A stretch of DNA of 64,000 nucleotides from Nitrososphaeraceae archaeon (GTDB taxonomy: Archaea > Thermoproteota > Nitrososphaeria > Nitrososphaerales > Nitrososphaeraceae). Under the pieces are notes generated by a model. It saw only the letters and a program-made list of their open reading frames with translations, had not been told where the DNA came from and made no database searches. Positions 23,823-32,996 of this stretch are shown one piece after another. Each line of letters begins with the position of its first letter. Position 1 is the first letter of the stretch. The position numbers and the translations under genes are program-made. Location: assembly GCA_031316115.1 (NCBI GenBank), contig JALDRC010000011.1, forward strand, positions 4,978 to 68,977, in the 5' to 3' direction.

Positions 23823-23875
23823 CCTCTAACAATTATCTTAAACCGCTAAATATCATGATCACCATAAAGTTGTAC

Positions 23876-23959
23876 AACTGCTAACGAATACCTGTTGGAG
23901 AGTAAGAGATCATTGGTAGAAGTTTAGTTCCTGACCTTTCTTCTACTGGCTCTCCAATT
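23876..23959 (+). ncRNA. Cassette 8
   Basis: TTGGAGAG/CTCTCCAA outer stem; inner GTAGAAG/CTTCTAC as in cassette 5. Confidence 0.6.
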
Positions 23960-23996
23960 ATGATATGATTTATTATGCTCGCAAACGTTACCAATT

Positions 23997-24083
23997 ACTT
24001 CATACAAATCGAAGGATAGTGCCATAGGAGAGAGTAGGGACGACCAAGTCTGTCGACGATTCATTCCCTATTCTCTCCATTTT
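23997..24083 (+). ncRNA. Cassette 9
   Basis: 14-bp stem GGAGAGAGTAGGGA/TCCCTATTCTCTCC (1 G-U), then ATTTT; may also terminate the convergent operon. Confidence 0.55.
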
Positions 24084-24093
24084 AATATACTAT

Positions 24094-24555
24094 TTATTCC
24101 AAGTCTGGACTGTTATCAGAATAACTGATTAGTTTAGTCCCTCTATCAATTCGTTGCTGGATATCTGTGTCCAATTCCTCTGGTTCCAGTCTAGACTTTC
24201 TATTACTATTATTATTTCTATTCCTAGGTTTTATGAAGTGTTCTACCTTTAACCTATTAGAGTCATGAATTATTTCTGGTACGTCTCTGAAGCCAGCAAT
24301 CGTGCTTTCTTGCTTGCCATGTTCTACTGGATATACTGTTCCGCATTAATAGTATTGCAACCAACTTTCAAAGTCTGCTGGAATAGAACCATTTATGTAT
24401 TCATGGGGTTGATATATTCTAGGTTTTAGTTCCTTGTATGGAAATCCAAAGGTTCCACAGTGGACACAATATCTTTTATCTTCCGATGACTCTGAAGTAT
24501 AATAATTATCAGTTAGTGAAGTCCAATATTCTATACGTTTCTTAATTCTAGGCAT
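24094..24555 (-). pseudogene. Zn-ribbon/Zn-finger protein with one internal TAA
   Basis: YCVHCG...WLQYY*CGTVYPVEH; frame continues after the TAA at 24346 to a TAA at 24094 (~153 codons). Confidence 0.6.
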
Positions 24556-24592
24556 ATCTATAATTATTACTAGTTGTTAGTCTTAAATATCG

Positions 24593-26094
24593 CTATACTT
24601 CGAACAGCACACCTTTACAGAGAAGCCGAAGGCTGTCAAGATGGTCATTGTGAACTGTAGATGTCTTATCGAGATTAAATTCTTAGGCGTATGCAATCTT
24701 AAATGATCGAATAAGTTTATCGTACTTGGGATCAATTGCCAACTTTTGTTTTGTAAGGAATTGGTATAAGTGTTGTAATATAGTTTTATGTTCTTTGCCA
24801 AAGTTTACTGGAATTATACAATCGTCTTCAATATAGATATCTTTTACTTTTTCCCAGTCTAGGCTTTCGCCGTATTTACTCTTACATTCATTTACTGCTC
24901 CTCTGTTAGCACCATCTACAAACCATGAAAGATTAGGGATCGGGGTATGCAATTGGAACATATCATTTGCTATTTCACTAGGTGTTTTCTTGTCATATTC
25001 CTTACCTACTATTATTCTAACAATTTGTAGTTGTGGATCTAGTTCTGCAATGAATAAGGCCGTTACTGAACTATTAAATCCAAAGTCAACACCACCTATA
25101 TGCAAATCAAATGGGTTTGTTGGTAAATCTTTATACTGAATTCCTAATTGAATCACTTTATCAATATCAACCAGTGGAAATACATTTCCTATCTTCCCGA
25201 GATATTTGAGGTTATATTCACGTTCAAAATACGATTCATTCCTTTCACGTTCTCTTTGTATAATATCAGTGTCAAATATTTTCCCAAGTTCATTATTATA
25301 ATCTAGAAATATTTTATGAAAGAAATCTTTGAATATTTCGTTCTTCTCTATCCGTGCAAATAGATAATCTGGTCTATTGGGTGTGCTTGCCAATATGATC
25401 TTGCATTTACTTTTCTCCTCATAGGATTTTATCACATATTCTAATTCGTTCTGCTCTGCAGGCTCAAAGTAATCGGCCTCATCTTTGAAAAGATAGGAAA
25501 CATCTGTGTATCCTCTTAAATCCTGTATTCTTTTGGTAGGAAATACTTTGATCCAGGTATTGTTAAGCCATAATTCAGTATATTTGGATTCAAATTGTAT
25601 GTCGGGAAATTTCTTTTCAAAAAATCTTGTAAGACGTATTTTATGTTATTGCTTAATTCTTCCCTAGTTCCAGATACTAAAAATATAGATTTGCCATCCA
25701 ATTCATTTGAAGACATGCATTTCTAACCCAGATATCTCAGAACAAGTTCTGTTATTCCGATACCTCTGGCTTTCTTAATCCAGATATGTTGATTGTTTTC
25801 TATTGCATCTATTACTAATATCTCATAGTCAAATAATGGATATTCTTGTCCATTTTTCTGTGGCAATCCAATCACATGGTTAAAACAACAATTCCCATTA
25901 TTCTGAATATATAGACTTTTATGTTTAATAATATCAGCCCAGATCCAGAACTGCTTCTGGCGAAACTGCTCTGTGAAGCGTTGGGATTGCTGCTGGGCTG
26001 ATATATGAGTGATGGTTGCAGGTTTGAGATATCCGATATTCCTACTTACCGCGAGATTGTCGGTAACCAATCTCGCAAGATCCTTAAAAGTCAT
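24593..26094 (-). pseudogene. Terminase large subunit-like ATPase/nuclease
   Basis: Walker A-like IWIKKARGIGITE, Walker B-like YLFKDEADY, ASTP coupling motif, RNase H-like GGVDFG and HNDHLDSLR; interrupted by TAG (25723), a 1-nt frameshift (~25620) and TAA (24683). Confidence 0.85.
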
Positions 26095-26123
26095 ACTAGT
26101 TTATCAGAGATCCCATCAAAATG

Positions 26124-26549
26124 TTAAAACTTGGTTGTCAAAGTGTTTAATTCTTCTTCGCTGGTGAACGAATCCTCTAGTTTTTGTTTAGTATCTTCTA
26201 CAAACTTTATAGAGTCATTTAGCATAGCGTTAGTTAGCAAGTCCATTTTAGTTTGAATAGAATCCTTTGCTAATGATAATGCAGTTACTTTACCTTTGTT
26301 ATCTTGCGTTTTCTCTGCTTGCGCTACCATGATAAATGCTTCTTTAATTATTTCTTCAATCCCTTTTACTGCCTTATCAAACTCATATGGTAATTTTTCA
26401 TCGATCTGATTCTTTATTGCTTCTTTTGCCTGTTCTCTTAGAAATTTTATATCTCTAGATACTGTATATTTTGATAATTGTAGTATTTGACATATATCAG
26501 ACTGTGTGAATCCTTTAACTGCCAATTCTTGTGTTCTTGTGTTAGTCAA
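26124..26549 (-). CDS. HTH plus coiled-coil protein directly upstream of the terminase-like gene (candidate small terminase subunit)
   Basis: QELAVKGFTQSDICQILQLSKYTVSRDIKFLR HTH; position in operon. Confidence 0.7.
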   Translation of the reverse strand: MTNTRTQELAVKGFTQSDICQILQLSKYTVSRDIKFLREQAKEAIKNQIDEKLPYEFDKAVKGIEEIIKEAFIMVAQAEKTQDNKGKVTALSLAKDSIQTKMDLLTNAMLNDSIKFVEDTKQKLEDSFTSEEELNTLTTKF

Positions 26550-26815
26550 TTGCTTTTTTCACCCCACCAATTTTATCTAGTTGCAAGATTAATATAACAT
26601 AGTAATATTTGCAATAATAATTATTAACCTTTAGGGTAAATGTTAATAACTTCTATAATGATTTTCAATCGTCTTTAAAACGGCTTCTCTATACAAAAAC
26701 TATATAATCATATTATACTAATTATTATCTTTTAAATCTATCCAAATACCTTATAGTCAAAAATTATAAAAAATTTATTCTTACCTTAGATATATTTTAA
26801 ACCTGTTTTATGTAA

Positions 26816-27740
26816 ATGAAAATATCAATAAATATTCCTATATTCTTGATTGGTACAATATTAATGCTTGGAACTACCATTTCTATGGGAATTCCAACAA
26901 CATCGGTTGCATGATCTTACGAAGACTCATGGAAAAGACAAAAAGTCTTCAAGTCTAAATAAGCAGAATGTTAACTGCAACAACATGATAATAAATGAAG
27001 GAGATAGCGCTGGTCAAGGCTCAGCGGGAGAAGATATGATTAATGGAATGGCTAATGAAGATGATGGAACAGGGCAGTGGCTAGAAAACGGTAAAGATAA
27101 AGATTCGAACAACATTAACGAGAATATAGTTAATTTCTGCAAAAACAAGAATACTGAGGTAGTAATAGTAGCAGAAGGAGAGCCACAAACAGGATCTTTG
27201 ACGGTTAAGAAGGAAATCTTTGGATGCGAAACTATGGATGAAATAGGCGCTAATTGTCAACCATTAGATAATAATTCTCCAAACTGGATTTCATGTGATA
27301 ATTCTGAAATTAGCAATGATGTATTTTGTCAGGAATTGTCAGAAGATTTATTTGATATTGAAGTTTTAGACGACCAGAATAATCCGATATTGGAATTTGT
27401 AGGTTCACAACAGGGAACAACTATCCACAATCTAGAACCTGGAACATATATTGTTAATGAGATAAAACATCACAGTAGTGAAGACCAATTAGGACAATCT
27501 GAACCAGACCAAATACAATGTAATAACCAGCAAAACTTCCCTGAAGGGGGAAAACTCATCAAGCAAAATCCAATGATAGATTATCGCATTTGCTTTGAAT
27601 ATGAAGATGAACAAGGAAATGATTGTACTACAAATACTATAACAGCAGGTGAAACCAAAACATGTATAGTTAAAAATTACATTAGCACTGCACTACTTTT
27701 TGAATTTCCTTACCCTTGTAATTTTTATGGGTTGAAATAG
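26816..27740 (+). pseudogene. Secreted Cys-containing protein with disrupted N-terminus
   Basis: Signal peptide MKISINIPIFLIGTILMLGTTISMG starts at 26816 in another frame and hits TGA near 26912; body is ORF 26868-27740. Confidence 0.6.
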
Positions 27741-27994
27741 ACAAATACAATAAGGTAAATCCAAAAACCTCTCTATTTTTTATTTGTCTAGCAAAACAGT
27801 AATTCTAAATTAAATAATCAATAAAATAATACTTAGTTCTACTATCTGAATAATTAACTAATTTTATAAAACAATCTATGCTAAATATCTAATATTTTGA
27901 AATTCCTAAAAACATTATACTACTACTTTATATTCAAATAGTATCTAATGCTTGTTAGTATCTCAGATATACTAAATTTGAATTTAATGGTACA

Positions 27995-28450
27995 ATGAAT
28001 AGTAAAACCAAGATTGGTTCAATGTTTCTGTTAGCAGCAGTACTTGTTGCTGGTACAATAGCAATGACAATTCCAAAGTCAATAGCACAGCCAGAAGACA
28101 GAGAATACGAAGACCATTATGGCAAAGATCCGTATAACAAATATTATAATGGTCATGATGATCCATTTGGAAAAGACCATGACAAAGAGTATAAAGGTGC
28201 AAATGTCCAGTCTATAAAATGTATTAATAGCAACGTCAATATCAATGGAGTAGATATTCATAAACGCACACCAACAACATTGGCAGAAGATGCAACAGCA
28301 GCAGATGCACAACAACTACAGAACGGTCAAGGAAATGGCTTATTTGGTGGATTAAACATAGACAAAAATCTAGTAAATATCTGTGTTAACTTCAACTTTA
28401 ACGAACAAGAAGACCAAGATTGTGAAATAAGCGGTACTTGTCCTCTCTAA
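27995..28450 (+). CDS. Secreted hypothetical protein (Nitrososphaeraceae family)
   Basis: MNSKTKIGSMFLLAAVLVAGTIAM signal; IKCINSNVNINGVD...NLVNICVN. Confidence 0.8.
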   Translation: MNSKTKIGSMFLLAAVLVAGTIAMTIPKSIAQPEDREYEDHYGKDPYNKYYNGHDDPFGKDHDKEYKGANVQSIKCINSNVNINGVDIHKRTPTTLAEDATAADAQQLQNGQGNGLFGGLNIDKNLVNICVNFNFNEQEDQDCEISGTCPL

Positions 28451-28659
28451 TCCCTAACTTTTTTATTTGTTAACATTTTTAAGCAATTAATCCATTATCA
28501 TAATTCTAAATTAATTCATTAATGATTTCTTGTACTTGGACAGAAGGACGTTAAAGTAGTATTTAATAGCCATGAGTACGTATACTAAACCTGGTACTTT
28601 CATAAAAGTCAGCAAGCGGTAGAGGAAATTTTCCATTAACTTTTATATTACAAGTTAAT

Positions 28660-29065
28660 CAGTATCCAGTTTTAGAAAAGTAGAATCTGCAACCAATTCA
28701 TTGGTGAGTGCTTTGAGAAGGATTGGATCTCAGGCTAGAAGTGCAGCAAGGGCAGCCGCAGGAGTCAGAGTAAGCAGCATTGTGGTTTTGCTATAGTGGC
28801 AGCACTGCAAGGCTTTAGCGATATAGTAAACAGGCGTACTACCTACAGAGGCATTCACATGGGTGAATCATTTAGTCCAGAATTAGTGACAGTGATACCA
28901 TTAACTAGAGTAACAGGCAATCACTTTGGTCTTACTGCTGCTTCAGGTGGTGGAGGGTGCTACGGTAGAATTCTGACTATAGAAGTTACTGTGATACTTG
29001 ACAATAAAGTATTTGGTAGAGCAGTCAAAAAGGTAGCATTAGAAGATATTGGAATACAGATATAA
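28660..29065 (+). pseudogene. Possible C-terminal remnant of a tail tape-measure-like protein
   Basis: Ala/Ser-rich ATNSLVSALRRIGSQARSAARAAAG, then after a frameshift QGFSDIVNR.TT...MGESFSPELVTVIPL and VILDNKVFGRAV. Confidence 0.4.
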
Positions 29066-29552
29066 TATACAATTAAATATTTTATTATATCTTTATTTAT
29101 TTTATTACTAATAATAACAGTCATTCATTAATATATAGGTAAGATAATTGTTCTCTATTTTCCAATTCAGACAAACCTGGTACAAAAAAGGAATGAGCAA
29201 AATTTGAAAGATAGAATAGAAAGTTTTGATTATTAATATCATTGATAAGTGAGTTGAGATTTGTTTAAAACAAATTCTGATACATATTTCATCTTAATAC
29301 TAATATTATTGGAACTAATTACATTGAAGAGTTCAAGGAGTTAAATATTATACTGGATTAAGAATTGACAAACAGTTATTATTTGTATAGGCTTTCTTTT
29401 ACTGTTAAATTAGTAAATGTATCCTTTAAGATATTCCTAGTATTTTTTTAGAAATTAACTAGCCAAATACGCATCCTTAACTAAAAAATAAATAAGAATA
29501 AAAGTTTTACAAAAAAACATAGGTATTTAACAATAAACATGTATTTTTAATT

Positions 29553-29619
29553 GGGAATGAGGTTAAATGCTGCTCCAGTCTGAGTTAAAATCTATGATGA
29601 CCCTGCGACGAACTGACCC
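29553..29619 (+). ncRNA. C/D box guide sRNA (predicted 23S rRNA Gm2251 guide)
   Basis: GGG/CCC terminal stem; C box ATGAGGT 29557-63, D' CTGA 29580-83, C' ATGATGA 29594-600, D CTGA 29613-16; TTTAACAA box ~27 nt upstream. Confidence 0.8.
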
Positions 29620-30165
29620 TAAATCAAAATAGTTTAATTAATTGGCAGTTTTTTTTCGTTTTTATGATTTTCATAACTTATGTTTTTATGGATTTTATTT
29701 ATATTTAATCATAGCTAATTAGGAATGTAATATACAGTATTTTTATATCAGTTCAAGATCTTGTTTTTTGTTCCATTCAGATTATCCAAATTCAAAGATT
29801 TTAAATAAAAAATTTGTTGATTTCTATTTATTATATAAATTACCAGCATTTAGAACTAATTATTTACAATTCATGAAAAATTTATTTTAGCTAAAAATTA
29901 ATGTGTTAGACTTTCTATTAAAATAACAGTCACATTATGAAAGTTTATTGAATAAAATTTTATAAAGATTAGTTATAATTATCTTCGGAATCCAAAAACA
30001 AGCATCTAGTTTATGATATCAATTAGTTGCTTATGCAACATATGAGAAGAAATCAAATTAAGGAAAAATAATTGGATCATCTGTATTGATGTTAATATCG
30101 GCTATTTGAATAATTGTTTCGTTATAGCAGTTACATAATTTAATTGTTATTCCAAAGTTCATATT

Positions 30166-31680
30166 TCACGTTTTATCCCAAAGATCAAAAACACTATCTA
30201 GTGAGTTCGAATTGTCATTAGGGTTTGTTTGAGTTCCTGTTTGTTCATCAAAAACCTTATTTGGTTCTTGAAACGGTTCAAAAAATTCTGTTCTATCTCT
30301 ATTTCCTTGAAAATTTTTTTTTTCGTTAAAATCTTCAGTAAAAATACCTTTCCCGTTGTTGTCGTTATTTGACACAATCTTGTAGACAGAACCCTCCATT
30401 CCTCGTTTGCTTGAGACTATATATAACGATCCGTCATACGGATTAACTTCCATATCAGTGATAATATCAAATCCCTCTGCAAACTTGTTTTGGATTTCTT
30501 CTTTTTCCGAATCAATTCTTTTATCCTGTAGAGGACCATCTAAAAGTAATTCTTCTCTGGGATTATTAAGATCAAAATCATAAATTGTTCCTTTAGCATT
30601 ACCTACAAACATATGGTATTTGTAATCAGGTCCTAATGAATTAGAATCTAAAAAGATCAGGGATGTTGGAGCTACGGTATCATCCCAACTAAGCTTAGGA
30701 TCACTATAAATCCCTTCACCATTCAAAAGTCCCAGACTAGCTGAATTTTCATAATTGAATTCCTCTACACTCATATATTGATAATCAAAATCCTCATTTG
30801 ATTTACCGTAAATTTTGGCAGAACCGCTATTAAACCCTGGATAGACTAGATTTATTTCATCTCCATATTCTGGACCATTTTCTGTATCCCATAAATATCC
30901 AGTCAAAGGATCAAAATCTATTCCAAAACTATTCCTGATCCCATAGGCATAATACAGATTCAATGGATATTCAGTTCCAAATATACCATTATCATAAGAA
31001 AAACCATCAGGACTGATCCTAAGAATACCACCTCTTCCATCAGCTTGTACTCCGTCTTCAAAATTTTGAGCCTGAGTTTCAAATATTTTACTATTATCCG
31101 TTCCATGGAAATCACCCACTGTGACGTATATATAGCCATCTGGACCTATTTTTAAAATTCCTCCAACATGTGAAGGATCCGGAAAGGAATTCAAAGACAA
31201 TAAATCTATTGGGTTCACAAGTAAATTTTTGAAATTATCTAACTCATATTTTGTTATCTTGAATTGACATGTATCTTCATCATCACATTGTACATAAGAC
31301 AGATATACATTAAAGTAATTATTGTTTTTATTCATTTTTTTATCAACTGCAATTCCTAATAAACCTCTTTCATCCTTGCTATCTACATTTAATTCCAATA
31401 GTGGGTTTGGTTGAACTACTCTATCAATTACTCTTTTTACATACCCGGTATTTTTTTCTAGAATCAAAAAGTCATTCGTGTCTATAAAAGCCATACTAGT
31501 CGGAAAATCTAAACCTGAAACAACTAAATCCGATTCTAGATCTTTATCGATTATTGTAATCGAACCTTTTTCAGGCTTTTTAGGTTGTTCGGCGGCACTT
31601 ATATCTAACTGTAAAGAAACTGATGTAAATAAAATTAGTTGTAAAAAAATTATAGAGTAAATATAATAAAAATATCTCAT
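30166..31680 (-). CDS. Secreted PQQ-dependent glucose/sorbosone dehydrogenase (GSDH) family protein
   Basis: ERGLLGIA, HVGG..KIGPDG.IY, YAYGIRNSFG.DFDP, ENGP..GDEIN. Confidence 0.92.
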   Translation of the reverse strand: MRYFYYIYSIIFLQLILFTSVSLQLDISAAEQPKKPEKGSITIIDKDLESDLVVSGLDFPTSMAFIDTNDFLILEKNTGYVKRVIDRVVQPNPLLELNVDSKDERGLLGIAVDKKMNKNNNYFNVYLSYVQCDDEDTCQFKITKYELDNFKNLLVNPIDLLSLNSFPDPSHVGGILKIGPDGYIYVTVGDFHGTDNSKIFETQAQNFEDGVQADGRGGILRISPDGFSYDNGIFGTEYPLNLYYAYGIRNSFGIDFDPLTGYLWDTENGPEYGDEINLVYPGFNSGSAKIYGKSNEDFDYQYMSVEEFNYENSASLGLLNGEGIYSDPKLSWDDTVAPTSLIFLDSNSLGPDYKYHMFVGNAKGTIYDFDLNNPREELLLDGPLQDKRIDSEKEEIQNKFAEGFDIITDMEVNPYDGSLYIVSSKRGMEGSVYKIVSNNDNNGKGIFTEDFNEKKNFQGNRDRTEFFEPFQEPNKVFDEQTGTQTNPNDNSNSLDSVFDLWDKT

Positions 31681-32996
31681 AAAGTCGTTATATAATAGAA
31701 ATAACCTCCAGTTTAAGAACTCCGAACAAATTCTTTATAATATTTTGAAATATAAATTTTATAAAGCGATGTTATATCAAAATCTTCTATTAGTCAGACT
31801 AAAAACATCTATTAAAAACTAAAACATATGTGTCAATATTATGTTATTTTTTATAACATGAATAATTATTTTCCATGCAAATTCTAGGAGTTATATAAAA
31901 AATTTAATAGAAATAAAAAATAAAGTTAATATAACAATTAATTCCCAACAGTACTATAATTTAATTTATTATGATAATATTGAATAGAACTAATATAAAT
32001 ATTGTATCTATCTTATATACAACATGATCAAATACATTTGGATATCAAATATATTATTAAAAAAAACAGGTAAGGAAATAATATTCCTAAACTAGAAAAC
32101 ATTCTATATATTTGAATGATTTACTAAGGTTTTTATTATTATAAAAGTGTATTTTTTTAGAAAATCAAATTCAAAACTATTTTTAATTGTAATAAACGGC
32201 TATAAAAAAATAAAAAAATCATTGTGGCCAACAGATAAAATATATGAAAACTGGATTAAATAACCGAATAATTTGAATCATTAGAATATACACATCTATT
32301 ATATTCACCAAACGTATGATATAAGAGAATTAATCAATGATCCTCTAATAAAATAATACTATCTCATGATATCAAATATTACAGATAACCATTTCGAAAA
32401 CAATGGAAAAGGCAATTCAGAAATCGAGTTTTAACATAATCTTAAATCTAAAAATTCTCCAAGTCATAATACAACAAACAGTCAGCAATAAGAAAAACTT
32501 TAATACGTTAAAAGTAATCATTACCTCTTAATACCAAAATATCAAGACGGTATTTTGAATTGATAATATCTATTATAAATAAGACTAGCGTTAGACAATC
32601 CAAACAAAATGTAAATTAAAAAATTAACTAGTCGATATTATGTGTTCATAAAGTAAAGCAATTAATATTATTGCTACTTTTGAAAAGTTGATATTTAATT
32701 AAAATCTAAAAAAAAGAATATTTTAAATTAGTAAAAAAGACATGATAAAAAAATATAATCCATAAAAAATTTTATCATTATGTCTTAATCTAGTTCAAAG
32801 GTATTTAATAAAAACATAATTTGATATAGTTTAATGCGCTTATAAAAAAGTACTATAGTTTAATCTAGTAGATGTTACAAATTAATTTTATAATTATTTT
32901 ACCCTATTCTTTTGTATCGTTTAAATGTACTTTTAAAAATAATCTGAAAAATTACCAATTAAGGATATTAATCTTGATGATCTTACTATTGTCAAT

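Larger units (their letters stand above)
22950..24085 (+). ncRNA. Array of nine promoter-leader-hairpin-terminator cassettes (candidate small-RNA genes)
   Basis: Hairpins start at 23014, 23133, 23256, 23380, 23519, 23640, 23771, 23895 and 24027 (mean spacing ~127 bp). Stems contain G-U pairs on the + strand; shared upstream AAATATT-like boxes; T-rich 3' ends. Confidence 0.7.

Noticed and set aside
22994-24026. Some leaders contain CAT (antisense to AUG)
   Set aside because: The frequency is about what AT-rich 20-mers give by chance; not evidence of start-codon targeting.
22950-24085. Hairpin array as a CRISPR array
   Set aside because: No identical 25-40 bp direct repeats; the period is ~127 bp; units have their own promoter-like and terminator-like signals; no cas genes in the window.
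25723-25725. Amber readthrough or recoding of the terminase gene
   Set aside because: A TAA and a frameshift also interrupt the gene, and no pyl machinery is visible; simple decay is more likely.
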